A stretch of DNA of 64,000 nucleotides from Candidatus Sungiibacteriota bacterium (GCA_016180435.1 JACPBG010000002.1:60342-124341), one strand, 5' to 3'. Counted from the first letter of the stretch, positions 9,053 through 18,499 are shown. Translations and numbers: made by a program. The notes: a model not told the origin generated them from the sequence alone.

Positions 9053-10675
9053 ATGTATAAAAAAGTACCCACCGATGGAATTCGGAAAAAATCAAAACCC
9101 AATCGGCTGGAATCAATTCCGGTAGAGGATCCGTTTGTGGAGCCGTCCACCGAGTTGATACCCGCCGCCGTGCAGGAAAAAATCCAAGAAGGAGCGGAAG
9201 CGCTGGAGCGTTTTATGCGTAGAAAAAGCATGCCCGCTGCAGATATGGAGAGGGCCGAAGAAGAGGAGAATTCGGTTGCTCCGGAAGAGAATCCATCCGA
9301 AGGGATGGAAACCGTTTCCTCGCCCGAAGGAGAAATTTTGATCATTGAACCGCCCCCTGATCAGATAACTGTTACGGATGAAGATCAAGACGGCTGGAGA
9401 AAAATGCAGGTGATTCGCGGCTGGCTCGCGCGTGTCGCTATTTTGGTTTCTAAAAAATTCTTTACGCGCAGAAACGCCGAACCGGAAGAATCCCGGCCGA
9501 GCAATTTTATTTCCCAGTCCCGTAAGATAATGAGCATTAAGGGCGGGATAATAACGGGATTGGGGGCGGTAATAATTATTTTTATTCTTTTGTCCACGGT
9601 TTTTGCGCGGCTTACGGTGCATATATCGCCGCGGGCGGAGCAGATAAATATTCGCGATGTAACGGCTCTTTTTGATGCGTCAGTAGTCAAGCTTATGCCC
9701 GAAAAAAAAGTTATTCCGGCCGAACGGCTTGAATTCACCCGGAATATTTCCAAGGAATTTGAAACAACCGGCAAGGAACTTGTGGAAGAACGCGCCCGAG
9801 GAAAAGTAAAAATTTATAATCGTTTCAGTTCCTCACCCCAAGGGCTTATCGCCAATACAAGATTTCTAACCGATTCCGGAGTTTTGTATCGATTATCTTC
9901 GGCAGTTATTATTCCGGGCGCTAAAATAGAGAATGGATCAATTGTTCCGCAATTTATTGAGGCCGAACTGCTGGCGGATAGTGCGGGTACGGAGGCTAAT
10001 TTGGATGGCGAGATCCGTCTAAATATACCTGCTTTTAAAGGGGGGCCGAAGTATGATGGATTTTATGCTATGGCATCTGCCGGATTTTCCGGGGGGTTTG
10101 AGGGAGAGGCGCGGGTCATTTCGAAAGAAGATCTTTCGGCGGCTGAGAAAGCCGTTACCAAGACCGTTTTTGATGAACTGCGTGATGAGATGAAGCGGAA
10201 AATTCCACCAGAATTTAAATCTGTTGAGGAGTTTTCCGAAACAGAAATTACGAAAGTTGTCTCGCCGCAGGCGCGTATGCGGACCGAGAAGTTCGTAGTG
10301 GAAGCATCTGCCCGCGGGCGCGTACTTATTTTCCGCGAGCGCGACGTCCGTGATTTGGTGCGTTTCATTGTTATCGGAGATGATGCCTCCAAAAAATTGG
10401 TGGATCAATCCGCAGAATTAAATTATAGGATTCGCAGCGGAGATTTGAAGTCCGGTCGGGTTGAAGCCGTAATAAACGGAAAGGTTCGAACGGAATTTAT
10501 CATTCCGCGGGAATCTCTTGTACAGGATTTTCTGGCTAAAAAAGAGGGGACTATCGCCGAAATAATGAAGTCCCGAGCCGATATCGCCGGATTCCGTATA
10601 TCAATTTTCCCGCCGTGGCGGGCCAGCGCTCCCGGTAATCCGGATAAAATAAAGTTGATCGTGGAGGGACAATAG
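9053..10675 (+). CDS. Hypothetical membrane-anchored protein (acidic N-terminus, single TM helix).
   Basis: TM segment IITGLGAVIIIFILLSTVF. No recognisable catalytic motif. Confidence 0.45.
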   Translation: MYKKVPTDGIRKKSKPNRLESIPVEDPFVEPSTELIPAAVQEKIQEGAEALERFMRRKSMPAADMERAEEEENSVAPEENPSEGMETVSSPEGEILIIEPPPDQITVTDEDQDGWRKMQVIRGWLARVAILVSKKFFTRRNAEPEESRPSNFISQSRKIMSIKGGIITGLGAVIIIFILLSTVFARLTVHISPRAEQINIRDVTALFDASVVKLMPEKKVIPAERLEFTRNISKEFETTGKELVEERARGKVKIYNRFSSSPQGLIANTRFLTDSGVLYRLSSAVIIPGAKIENGSIVPQFIEAELLADSAGTEANLDGEIRLNIPAFKGGPKYDGFYAMASAGFSGGFEGEARVISKEDLSAAEKAVTKTVFDELRDEMKRKIPPEFKSVEEFSETEITKVVSPQARMRTEKFVVEASARGRVLIFRERDVRDLVRFIVIGDDASKKLVDQSAELNYRIRSGDLKSGRVEAVINGKVRTEFIIPRESLVQDFLAKKEGTIAEIMKSRADIAGFRISIFPPWRASAPGNPDKIKLIVEGQ

Positions 10676-10682
10676 TTTGCCG

Positions 10683-10712
10683 CTTGACCTCCTAATATTT
10701 ATTTGTTAATAT
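10683..10712 (+). promoter_or_regulatory. Sigma-70-like promoter (TTGACC-N17-TAATAT) upstream of infA.
   Basis: cttgacctcctaatatttatttgttaatat read directly from the sequence. Confidence 0.5.
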
Positions 10713-10736
10713 AGTTTATACGTTTTTATATACTGT

Positions 10737-10952
10737 ATGAAAAAAGAAAAAAATTATAAGGAGGGTATAGTCAATGAAAATTTACCGAACACGTTTTTTA
10801 AAGTTACGCTGGATGACGGCCGGGAAATTTTGGCCCACCTATCAGGAAAAATGCGCCTGAATTATATTAAAGTTCTTCCCGGGGACCGGGTGCGGATGGA
10901 AATGACGCCCTATGATGAGACTAAGGGGAGGATAGTACATCGCTTGAAATAA
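10737..10952 (+). CDS. infA: Translation initiation factor IF-1.
   Basis: 71 aa; [62 protein letters not shown] closely matches IF-1. Confidence 0.95.
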   Translation: MKKEKNYKEGIVNENLPNTFFKVTLDDGREILAHLSGKMRLNYIKVLPGDRVRMEMTPYDETKGRIVHRLK

Positions 10953-10954
10953 TT

Positions 10955-11075
10955 TCAATTTCAGACACGACTCAACCGCTCCGGCGGCGGTCTCGCTAAG
11001 GGTCGGACAAATTTTCGTCCCGATTGCGATCGGGATGATCCAAGCAAATTTGTCCTCCCATTGTCTGAAATTTAA
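10955..11075. repeat. MITE-like element, family C copy 1 (~120 bp; TIRs aatttcagacac / cattgtctgaaat).
   Basis: Near-identical copy at 14064..14182 and a diverged copy at 23850..23957. Internal inverted repeat ggacaaattt / aaatttgtcc. Confidence 0.8.
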
Positions 11076-11106
11076 ATTATTTCCTCGCTTATTTTTTAAA
11101 AAATGT

Positions 11107-11223
11107 ATGAAGGTACAAGCTTCCGTAAAACCAAGATGCGCCAAGTGTAAGACGGTCCGACGGAAAGGTCGGCTGTTTGTTATATGCCGCGTAAATAAGA
11201 AGCATAAGCAGAGGCAGGGATAA
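11107..11223 (+). CDS. rpmJ: Ribosomal protein L36.
   Basis: [38 protein letters not shown]. Confidence 0.9.
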   Translation: MKVQASVKPRCAKCKTVRRKGRLFVICRVNKKHKQRQG

Positions 11224-11242
11224 GGCTCTTACGAGCCAGCAT

Positions 11243-11307
11243 CAAGAACTAAGATTTTAGAACTTAGCAAATTTTCTAAGTTCTAAGTTCTGGGTTCTAA
11301 GTTCTAT
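11243..11307. repeat. Palindromic 'tagaac' element (family A), intergenic between rpmJ and rpsM.
   Basis: agaactaagattttagaacttagc...ctaagttctaagttctgggttctaagttcta inverted repeats. Confidence 0.85.
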
Positions 11308-11309
11308 TT

Positions 11310-11696
11310 GTGAGAATTGTAGGTATTAACATTCCGGATAATAAAAAAATAGAATTTGCCCTCCCGTATATTTACGGGGTTGGTTTGCCGGCTGCGCGTA
11401 AAATTCTGCGCTCGTCCCAGGTTGATCCGCAAAAAACCGCAAAAGATCTGACTCCGCCGGAGATAAACCGCATTCGCGAGATTATTGAGCGAAATTATAA
11501 AATCGAGGGTGACTTGCGCCGCGATATCATGTTAAATATCAAGCGCTTGAAGGAGATTCAAACTTATCGCGGGGCGCGCCATATCCGCGGGCTCCCGGTA
11601 AGAGGCCAGCGAACCAAAACAAATTCCAGGACGCGCCGCGGCAATGTGCGTAAAACCATGGGATCGGGAAGAAAACCAGCAGCAAGCCCCACTTAA
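11310..11696 (+). CDS. rpsM: Ribosomal protein S13 (GTG start).
   Basis: VRIVGINIPDNKKIEFALPYIYGVGLPAARKIL... Confidence 0.9.
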   Translation: MRIVGINIPDNKKIEFALPYIYGVGLPAARKILRSSQVDPQKTAKDLTPPEINRIREIIERNYKIEGDLRRDIMLNIKRLKEIQTYRGARHIRGLPVRGQRTKTNSRTRRGNVRKTMGSGRKPAASPT

Positions 11697-11780
11697 AATA
11701 AAGCACTTAGAACTTAGAACCTAGAACTTAGTAAATCTGCTAAGATCTAAGTTCTTGAATGCTAAGTTCTATGTTGCGAA
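11697..11780. repeat. Family A palindromic element, full-length unit including the terminal GAAG-loop hairpin atgttgcgaagcaacat abutting the rpsK start.
   Basis: aagcacttagaacttagaacctagaacttag...ctaagatctaagttcttgaatgctaagttctatgttgcgaagcaacat. Confidence 0.85.
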
Positions 11781-11786
11781 GCAACA

Positions 11787-12230
11787 TTGGGTAAAAAGCG
11801 TATCATAACTAAATCTACCGAGTCATCCGAATCGAAAAAATCCGATAGCCAGCCGCCAGCCGGAATTTCGGTAACGCGGCGTGGCATACTGCGCGGTTGC
11901 GCTTATATTCAGGCAACTTATAATAACACCATTATTACCATAACCGACGAAAAGGGCGGCGTGATAGCGTGGTCTTCGGCCGGGTCCGTTGGATTTTCGG
12001 GAACCAAGAAAGCCACTCCGTTTGCAGCAGCGCGAGTCGCGGAATTCCTTGCTGAAAAAATGCGTAAAGCCGGTATTCAGGAGCTTATGGTTTTTGTAAA
12101 AGGGGTTGGATCAGGGCGTGATTCGGCGATTCGTGCGCTTGCCAATCAGGGGTTTGCCATTTCGCGCATCAAAGATATTACCCCCATCCCGCATAACGGG
12201 CCGAGACCCAGGAAACCAAGAAGAGTATAA
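11787..12230 (+). CDS. rpsK: Ribosomal protein S11.
   Basis: [45 protein letters not shown]. Confidence 0.9.
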   Translation: MGKKRIITKSTESSESKKSDSQPPAGISVTRRGILRGCAYIQATYNNTIITITDEKGGVIAWSSAGSVGFSGTKKATPFAAARVAEFLAEKMRKAGIQELMVFVKGVGSGRDSAIRALANQGFAISRIKDITPIPHNGPRPRKPRRV

Positions 12231-12322
12231 AGCACTTAGAACTTAGAACCTAGAACTTAGAATTTATAATTAAAGTATTTACTAAGTTCTAAATACTAAG
12301 ATCTAAGTTCTTTTGCGAAGCA
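12229..12322. repeat. Family A palindromic element, full-length, ending with the tttgcgaagcaaa hairpin just before the rpsD start.
   Basis: Same 5' sequence (aagcacttagaacttagaacctagaacttag) as the 11697 and 52465 copies. Confidence 0.85.
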
Positions 12323-12323
12323 A

Positions 12324-12944
12324 ATGCCAAAGGTATTAGAAAAAGTAGAAAGGCGTCTTGGCGAAAAACTCTTTTTAAAAGGGGATCGTTGCGCTGGGCC
12401 GAAGTGCGCGGCAGTTCGCCATCCGAGTCCTCCGGGGATTCACGGCAAAACCCGCCGTCGCGCTCCTTCGGAATTCGGACAATATCTGCAGGGAAAACAA
12501 AAGGTTCGTTTTCTGTACGGTCTTGACGATCGTGATTTAAATCGGTATGCTAAGAAAGCCGAATCAATGCGCGGCGCATTTGCCGCGAAATTTTTGCAAT
12601 TACTTGAGCGGCGTCTTGATAACGTGGTGTTTCGTTTGGGATTTACCGGGTCGCGCCGGTCAGCGCGCCAAGCCGTATCACACGGCCATATTAGGGTGAA
12701 TGGCCGGCGTGTCAGTGTGCCGTCGTATCAGGTTAAAATCGGTGAAGTTGTTTCCATAAATCCCGGCGCCCGGCAAAGTTCTCATTTTGCCGATTTGGAA
12801 CATCGCTTGAAAAAGTATACTCCGCCCGTTTGGCTCGCTTTGGAAAAGGATCAAGTTGCGGGCAAGGTTGTCGGGTCCGCCGAATCAGATATGTCCGGAA
12901 CGTCCGGCGAACTTATAAAAATAAAAGAGTTTTATTCGAGATAA
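12324..12944 (+). CDS. rpsD: Ribosomal protein S4.
   Basis: GDRCAGPKCAAVRHP zinc-binding N-terminus and the S4 domain (LDNVVFRLGF...SHGHIRVNG). Confidence 0.9.
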   Translation: MPKVLEKVERRLGEKLFLKGDRCAGPKCAAVRHPSPPGIHGKTRRRAPSEFGQYLQGKQKVRFLYGLDDRDLNRYAKKAESMRGAFAAKFLQLLERRLDNVVFRLGFTGSRRSARQAVSHGHIRVNGRRVSVPSYQVKIGEVVSINPGARQSSHFADLEHRLKKYTPPVWLALEKDQVAGKVVGSAESDMSGTSGELIKIKEFYSR

Positions 12945-12950
12945 ACACTA

Positions 12951-13072
12951 GACAGTGATGCCAATCCGATGCGAATTTAATGCCAATTTGGCGAATTGCG
13001 AATGAATTTAAAGATTAGCAATTTGTAGATTAGCATTTTATTTGTAGATTTGCATCATTGCGTGCGAAGCAT
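12951..13072. repeat. Family D ~120-bp cassette (candidate promoter module) upstream of rpoA. Second copy at 29548..29670 upstream of frr.
   Basis: gtgatgccaatccgatgcgaatttaatgccaa...atttgtagattagcat...tttgtagatttgcatcattgcgtgcgaagca present twice in the window, each directly before a start codon. Confidence 0.75.
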
Positions 13073-13074
13073 AT

Positions 13075-14043
13075 ATGAGTATTCCACTTCCTTTAGCACC
13101 GAAGGCCGTTAGCGAAGAAGGAAATCGCGCTGTTTTTGATATAGAGGGGCTTTATCCGGGTTACGGCCATACCATCGGCAACAGTATGCGCCGCGTTTTA
13201 TTGTCATCTTTGCGTGGCGCGGCTATAACGTCCGTAAAAATAGAAGGCGTTTCCCACGAATTTTCTACTATAGAAGGAATTATGGAAGATGCGGTGGAGA
13301 TCATTCTAAACTTGAAACAGCTTCGTTTTCGCTTATATCAGGAAGAACCGGTCATGATCTCTCTTTCGGTTAAAGGCGAGCGGGAAGTAATCGGCAAGGA
13401 CTTTAAACTCCCGTCACAGGTGGAATTAATCAATCCGGATTTGCATATAGCGACTATTTCGTCCAAAAAATCCGGTTTGAGCATGGAGGCCACTGTGGAG
13501 GCGGGCATGGGTTACATTCCGGTGGAGGAGCGCACCAAGGAAAAAGTTGAAATAGGCGTGATCGCTTTAGATGCCGCATTTTCTCCGGTTCGCTATGTAA
13601 ATTATGATGTAGAGAATATGCGAGTCGGAGATCGCACCGATTATAATCGTCTGCGCCTTACCGTTGAGACTGATGGCTCGATTACTCCGCGTGAGGCATT
13701 TTTGCAGGCGGCCAGTATATTGGTTGAACAATTTTCCGTTCTAATCAAGGAAATGGAATCAAGTTCGGTAGAAATTGCACCTTCCGAAGAATATGCGCGG
13801 GGCGTATCCGAAGAGGCGGAAAAATCCGCCGGAGGCGAGGAGGATACATCCAAAATGAAGCTGGATGATCTGAAGTTATCCGGGCGCACCTTGAATATTC
13901 TGAAAGAATCCGGTATCAAGACCGTGGGAGGCCTTTCGCGTAAAAAAGAATCGGCGCTTCGGGAACTTGAAGGGATGGGGGATAAAGGGATGCAGGAAAT
14001 AAAGAAAGCGCTTGGAAATTTTGGAATTACTTTGAAGCCGTAA
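13075..14043 (+). CDS. rpoA: DNA-directed RNA polymerase alpha subunit.
   Basis: EGLYPGYGHTIGNSMRRVLLSSLRGAAITSVKIEGVSHEFSTIEGIMEDAVEIILNLK and a C-terminal alpha-CTD. Confidence 0.9.
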   Translation: MSIPLPLAPKAVSEEGNRAVFDIEGLYPGYGHTIGNSMRRVLLSSLRGAAITSVKIEGVSHEFSTIEGIMEDAVEIILNLKQLRFRLYQEEPVMISLSVKGEREVIGKDFKLPSQVELINPDLHIATISSKKSGLSMEATVEAGMGYIPVEERTKEKVEIGVIALDAAFSPVRYVNYDVENMRVGDRTDYNRLRLTVETDGSITPREAFLQAASILVEQFSVLIKEMESSSVEIAPSEEYARGVSEEAEKSAGGEEDTSKMKLDDLKLSGRTLNILKESGIKTVGGLSRKKESALRELEGMGDKGMQEIKKALGNFGITLKP

Positions 14044-14063
14044 TATTATAAATCTTCGGCTAA

Positions 14064-14182
14064 TTTGATTTCAGACACGACTCGGCGGCTCCGGCGGCCG
14101 CCTCGCTAAGGGTCGGACAAATTTTCGTCCCGATTGCGATCGGGACGATCCGAGCAAATTTGTCCTCCCATTGTCTGAAATC
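14064..14182. repeat. Family C MITE-like element, copy 2.
   Basis: About 95% identical to 10955..11075. Confidence 0.8.
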
Positions 14183-14250
14183 AAAATAGCCTCGATTTAA
14201 TCCAAGCTAATTACGAATTCTAAAATTTCCAACGCTAACGATGAAAAAAT

Positions 14251-14595
14251 ATGAGGAAGTTGAAAAAAGGGAGAAAATTTGGGAGAGAACGGGATCAAAG
14301 GAGGGCGTTACTTAAAAGTCTCGCCTCCTCATTTTTTATTGCGGGACGAATGAAAACAACGGAAGCCAAAGCCAAAGAACTCCGCCCGTATGTCGAGAAA
14401 TTCATTACCCGAGCCAAGGATCCGACACTCGCAAATCGAAGATTCATGCTGCGTTTTTTTTCGAGCGCAATTGTTGATAAAATTATTAAGCGTGGTGAGG
14501 AAATGCGTGAGAGAGCCGGAGGATATACCAGGGTTATTAAATTGGGACAGAGAAAACGAGATAGCGCGAGGATGGCGATATTGGAATTTGTTTAA
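14251..14595 (+). CDS. rplQ: Ribosomal protein L17.
   Basis: RKLKKGRKFGRERDQRRALLKSLASS...TTEAKAKELRPYVEKFITRAK. Confidence 0.85.
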   Translation: MRKLKKGRKFGRERDQRRALLKSLASSFFIAGRMKTTEAKAKELRPYVEKFITRAKDPTLANRRFMLRFFSSAIVDKIIKRGEEMRERAGGYTRVIKLGQRKRDSARMAILEFV

Positions 14596-14683
14596 AGAAC
14601 TTAGAACTTAGAACTTAGAACTTAGATATCTACTAAGTTTTAAATGCTAAGTTCTAAATGCTATGCGATGGAGCATCGCATTG
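14595..14683. repeat. Family A palindromic element overlapping the rplM 5' end.
   Basis: aaagaacttagaacttagaacttagatatctactaagttttaaatgctaagttctaaatgctatgcgatggagcatcgcat. Confidence 0.8.
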
Positions 14684-15009
14684 ATGCAGCTAATCAAATA
14701 CTCGGACGTCTGGCAACTCGCGTTGCGGTTCTTTTGCGCGGTAAAGATCGGCCTGATTTTGATCCGGCGCGTTTTTCCGATAACAAGGTGGCGGTTCATA
14801 ATACCGATAAAATGCGCGTGACCGGAAAGAAGATGCCGCAAAAAAAATATCGGCGGCATTCCGGTTACCCCGGCGGCTTGAAAGAAGAAGCGCTTGAGCG
14901 CCTTTTCGCACGCGACTCGCGTGAGGTTTTGCGCCGCGCGGTTTTAGGGATGCTCCCGAAAAATCGCCTGCGCAGTAGATGGATAAAGAATCTGATACTA
15001 CGTAAATAA
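14644..15009 (+). CDS. rplM: Ribosomal protein L13. The start is uncertain: it is either 14644, inside the repeat, or 14668.
   Basis: ...IDAANQILGRLATRVAVLLRGKDRPDFDP...KVAVHNTDKMRVTGKK aligns to L13. Confidence 0.85.
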   Translation: MLSSKCYAMEHRIDAANQILGRLATRVAVLLRGKDRPDFDPARFSDNKVAVHNTDKMRVTGKKMPQKKYRRHSGYPGGLKEEALERLFARDSREVLRRAVLGMLPKNRLRSRWIKNLILRK

Positions 15010-15027
15010 CAAATGGTAAATGGCAGA

Positions 15028-15062
15028 CAACTAACAACTAACAACTAACAACTAACAACTTA
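15028..15062. repeat. Heptamer microsatellite (ctaacaa) x ~4.5.
   Basis: caactaacaactaacaactaacaactaacaactta directly upstream of rpsI. Confidence 0.7.
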
Positions 15063-15066
15063 GGGT

Positions 15067-15666
15067 ATGCCAAAGGCAATTAAGAAAAAAATAGAAAGTA
15101 AGCCCGTGGAAAAAGAAGCGGAAACGCCGAAAAAGAAAGTTGAAGAAAAAGAAAATAAGATTAAAACCGCGGTGAAAGTAAAAAAACCTTCTAAACAGGG
15201 GGCAGAAGTTCCGGCACAAGAAATCTCGTCAGGATTCTCGGAACATAAAACGGATAAAGCAGAAAAGCCCAAAAAACCGGAGCGTTATTTTGAGGCGGTG
15301 GGCAGAAGAAAAACCGCAGTGGCTCGCGTGCGGTTATTTACCCGGCCCGGGGACTTTACGGTAAATGGCAGGTTATACAGTTTATATTTTCCGACTTTAA
15401 CGCTCCAGCAAATTATTGAGGATTCGTTGAAGAAAATGAAGCTTTTGGGAAGATTCAGGGTGTCAATTAAGGTCTCCGGCGGAGGAACTCATGCCCAAGC
15501 CGAGGCCATTCGCCACGGACTCGCGCGCTGTTTGGTTAAATTCAATCCGGATTTTCGCAAGCGTTTGCGACGTGCCGGATACATTACACGCGACCCACGC
15601 GCCAAAGAAAGGAAGAAATTCGGCTTGAAAAAGGCGCGTAAAGCTCCGCAGTGGGCGAAGCGGTAA
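15067..15666 (+). CDS. rpsI: Ribosomal protein S9 with a Lys/Glu-rich N-terminal extension.
   Basis: C-terminal RYFEAVGRRKTAVARVRLF...RRAGYITRDPRAKERKKFGLKKARKAPQWAKR. Confidence 0.9.
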   Translation: MPKAIKKKIESKPVEKEAETPKKKVEEKENKIKTAVKVKKPSKQGAEVPAQEISSGFSEHKTDKAEKPKKPERYFEAVGRRKTAVARVRLFTRPGDFTVNGRLYSLYFPTLTLQQIIEDSLKKMKLLGRFRVSIKVSGGGTHAQAEAIRHGLARCLVKFNPDFRKRLRRAGYITRDPRAKERKKFGLKKARKAPQWAKR

Positions 15667-15817
15667 TTGCGCTCCCCAGACACGCTGTCTGCATCAATGT
15701 TTATGAGGATTTTTGAAAAACACGGGTTCACGACAAAAGTATGAGAAGCGCACAAATAGCACCGCATACGCGGCGTCTTCAGGGATTTGAAAATAACTGA
15801 ATTTGAACAATAGCCGC

Positions 15818-15850
15818 GATGACCGCGGCTATTGTGTTATTATTACTTCT
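15818..15850 (+). terminator. Rho-independent terminator after rpsI (11-bp perfect stem caatagccgcg atga ccgcggctattg plus a T-rich tail).
   Basis: Read directly from the sequence. Confidence 0.65.
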
Positions 15851-15897
15851 ATGTTACTATTATTTCGGTTCATTTTCATAAATTATGGAGGAAGCAA

Positions 15898-16932
15898 ATG
15901 AGTGATAGGAAAGCACCGTATGACACCAATGAAGGAATTCAGCGTGCCGTCAAAACGTTGCATAAACTTAACGAGTTGGTGGCGAATCGCCATAGGGCTG
16001 GGTATGAAAGACATGAACGACTCAAGGAATTCTATGTCCTTGGACGGTGGCGTACTGACTCTTGTGGCAATTTTGGAAAGATCATCTCTGAGTTTATCCC
16101 GAAATTAAAGTTCCCCCAGATCCCCGACGTTTTAACCAACGAAGAGTTTTGGGCATTCTTGGGGGCGCAAGGGCTTGATGTTGAGAAAACCTTTGTTTCA
16201 AGCGGAATGTCGAACGACCTACCGCCTGATGACATCGTATGTTGTGTTTGCCAGCAGTCGTGGACTATTGAAAATTGCCATGACGTAGTTATCACCCATC
16301 AGCATCAGGATTTTTCATTGTCAGAGTTCGTTGGGAGACAGCTTTGGGAGGTACAACGGGTATACGGTATGCGAATTGATGCTTGCTACCGTATGCAGCC
16401 AGACATTCTTATTCGTAACGATCGATTCATTGATCTACGTCCGGAGCCAGAATTTGAAACGCTCAAAAGGAATGAGCATGGATGGGTGGGCAAAGAAGAT
16501 GGAGTTACGGAAAACTATGTGATTCAGTCAGGTGATGATGGGTTTTTCAACGTCTGGCATTTTCATCATCATGCGTGTAGTCGGAAAAAGCTCGAAGCTG
16601 ATATGCGGCAGCAATTCCGTGATGTACTCACAAAAGCGGGTTTTGCTAACACAATCCTCAAGTCAATTCCGAATCAGTATTGCCCATGTGAGCATTGTGC
16701 TCCGTGGTTCGTGGTACGGACTGAACATGGTACATTTACGATCGGATGGCGAAAGCGCGTCATCAATATCGATTGGAAGGCGACTGGTAAGAACTTTCTG
16801 CCGCTTTTCGACGATCAGGACGTTACGAAAGACAACCACTTGATTCATGCATGGGGTTACGAAAAAGCTACTGAATATTTTACGAGGATTAAGGGGTTTC
16901 TCATTCAGTCCGAGGCGTTAACTCAACGTTAA
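15898..16932 (+). CDS. Hypothetical Cys/His-rich protein, first gene of a putative accessory island.
   Basis: GGAGGAAGCAA Shine-Dalgarno then ATG. Motifs CCVCQQSW, HQHQ, WHFHHHAC, CPCEHC. Codon usage differs from the neighbours. No recognisable family. Confidence 0.5.
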   Translation: MSDRKAPYDTNEGIQRAVKTLHKLNELVANRHRAGYERHERLKEFYVLGRWRTDSCGNFGKIISEFIPKLKFPQIPDVLTNEEFWAFLGAQGLDVEKTFVSSGMSNDLPPDDIVCCVCQQSWTIENCHDVVITHQHQDFSLSEFVGRQLWEVQRVYGMRIDACYRMQPDILIRNDRFIDLRPEPEFETLKRNEHGWVGKEDGVTENYVIQSGDDGFFNVWHFHHHACSRKKLEADMRQQFRDVLTKAGFANTILKSIPNQYCPCEHCAPWFVVRTEHGTFTIGWRKRVINIDWKATGKNFLPLFDDQDVTKDNHLIHAWGYEKATEYFTRIKGFLIQSEALTQR

Positions 16933-17039
16933 ACAAGACTGCCTGGCTCTGCCAGCAGTTTTTATTTTCAAAAACCTAAAGTCCACCACGCCTCAAAGCA
17001 TTGCAGTGGGCGAAGAGATAGACTAGCTTTCGTATGTTG

Positions 17040-17080
17040 ACCCCAAAGACCGAACTAAAAAGTTTGGTCTTTTGGGTGAG
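17040..17080 (+). terminator. Hairpin (aagaccgaac taaaaa gtttggtctt) plus T-rich tail downstream of the 15898..16932 gene.
   Basis: Seen in the sequence. One G·U pair in the stem. Confidence 0.5.
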
Positions 17081-17136
17081 GGGTAGGCGGGGAAGACCGA
17101 AATATTCTTGAGTCTTGGGTGGGGAAAAGCCCCTAC

Positions 17137-17192
17137 TTGACAAATTACCGGGATTCCCGGTAAGATTAATTTAATATCTAATTCCCGGTATT
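17137..17192 (+). promoter_or_regulatory. TTGACA -35 box with a palindromic operator taccggga/ttcccggta in the spacer. A second ttcccggta half-site overlaps the Shine-Dalgarno/start region of the GHKL gene.
   Basis: ttgacaaattaccgggattcccggtaagattaatttaatatctaattcccggtatttATG. Confidence 0.5.
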
Positions 17193-17193
17193 T

Positions 17194-18156
17194 ATGAAAA
17201 TATATCTTCCCCATAGTGCATTTTTAGGGAATATTGATCCATTCCTGGCGGCCTTTGACCCTAGCCATAAGGAAAAGCTCGAAATTACCGCTAATAAAAA
17301 TTGGATTTTTGTTCACCCCGTTGTATTAGCAATGGTAGCGGCGTTAGGTTTAACAGTTTATCGAAAAAATATTAAATGTGAAAAGATAGTGGCACGTTCG
17401 GGTCACTACCTTGAAAGGATGGGTTTATTCAAATTTCTTGATATTAAATCAGGGATGAAGATAACCGAACACGATCCATCGGGGCGATTCGTTCCACTAA
17501 CACAGATAAAAACCTCTGAACAACTCACAAAGTTTCTAACCGAAATGATTCCACTGCTTCATTTAGAACCTCGACATGCCGAACCAATCAAATATATTAT
17601 TAGTGAATTGGTGAGAAACGTGTTAGAGCACGCTCGTGCACCACAAGGAGCTATCGTATCTGCTCAATATCATGCAAAAAATAAAACAATTCGCATAGGA
17701 ATAGTTGATCGTGGTAGTGGTATAAAAAGCACAATTAATCAATCATGGGATGCAAGTAATGATCTTGAGGCTATTAAGTTGGCACTTATGCCGGGAGTTA
17801 CAGGAACTACAAAAAGAGAAGGCGGAACAGAACAAAATGCTGGAGCAGGTTTATTTTTTATTAAATCAATTGCTTATGTGAATCGTAATTTTTTTATGAT
17901 CTATAGCGGAAACGCAATGTATAAACTTCTGAAAAGAAGTGGCGCTAAAAAAATTATGCTTCATGCTAACCCCAATCTTGACAGACACTCAGAAAGAAAT
18001 AACTTACCTTATTGGGATGGTACGGCGGTGGGTGTAGATATTTCTTTAGATACTACACAAGAATTTACTGCACTTCTTGATCTTATAAGAGATACTTACT
18101 CGGAGGCAGTTAAAGAGCGTAAGCGTAATAGATATAAAAGGGCTAAATTTATTTAA
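17194..18156 (+). CDS. GHKL-superfamily ATPase (histidine-kinase-like / anti-sigma Ser-kinase-like ATP-binding protein) with a ~110-aa N-terminal extension.
   Basis: N-box ELVRNVLEHA, G1 box VDRGSGI, G2 box GGTEQNAGAGLFFIKSIA. About 36% GC against a ~45% host background. Confidence 0.65.
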   Translation: MKIYLPHSAFLGNIDPFLAAFDPSHKEKLEITANKNWIFVHPVVLAMVAALGLTVYRKNIKCEKIVARSGHYLERMGLFKFLDIKSGMKITEHDPSGRFVPLTQIKTSEQLTKFLTEMIPLLHLEPRHAEPIKYIISELVRNVLEHARAPQGAIVSAQYHAKNKTIRIGIVDRGSGIKSTINQSWDASNDLEAIKLALMPGVTGTTKREGGTEQNAGAGLFFIKSIAYVNRNFFMIYSGNAMYKLLKRSGAKKIMLHANPNLDRHSERNNLPYWDGTAVGVDISLDTTQEFTALLDLIRDTYSEAVKERKRNRYKRAKFI

Positions 18157-18161
18157 ATATT

Positions 18162-18449
18162 ATGGTTACTATCGAACTTTTTCCCTTAGTGGGGGGCTTT
18201 GCGGAAAACAAGGATATTGCAAGAGACATAAGACGAGACCAAATTCTTCCAGCTCTGAAGAATGGAGAAAGTGTTGTCTTGGATTTTAGTGGCATAGAAT
18301 CTACAACACAATCTTTCGTTCACTCCTTAATTAGTGATGTAATGAGGGAATACGGGAGTGACGTTATGGATAAATTAGTATTTAAAAATTGCAGTGAAAC
18401 CATACAAAAAATCATCAGTATAGTTGTGGACTATATGCAGCAAACATAA
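18162..18449 (+). CDS. STAS-like domain protein (DUF4325-like), a putative partner of the upstream GHKL ATPase.
   Basis: 95 aa with a ...VVLDFSGIESTTQSFVHSLISDV... pattern typical of DUF4325 / anti-anti-sigma-like proteins. The 6-nt gap to 17194..18156 suggests an operon. Confidence 0.55.
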   Translation: MVTIELFPLVGGFAENKDIARDIRRDQILPALKNGESVVLDFSGIESTTQSFVHSLISDVMREYGSDVMDKLVFKNCSETIQKIISIVVDYMQQT

Positions 18450-18499
18450 TTTGTCTCAGTTAAAGACGTATTACGGTTCGCCCTGCGGAATTTTTTATA

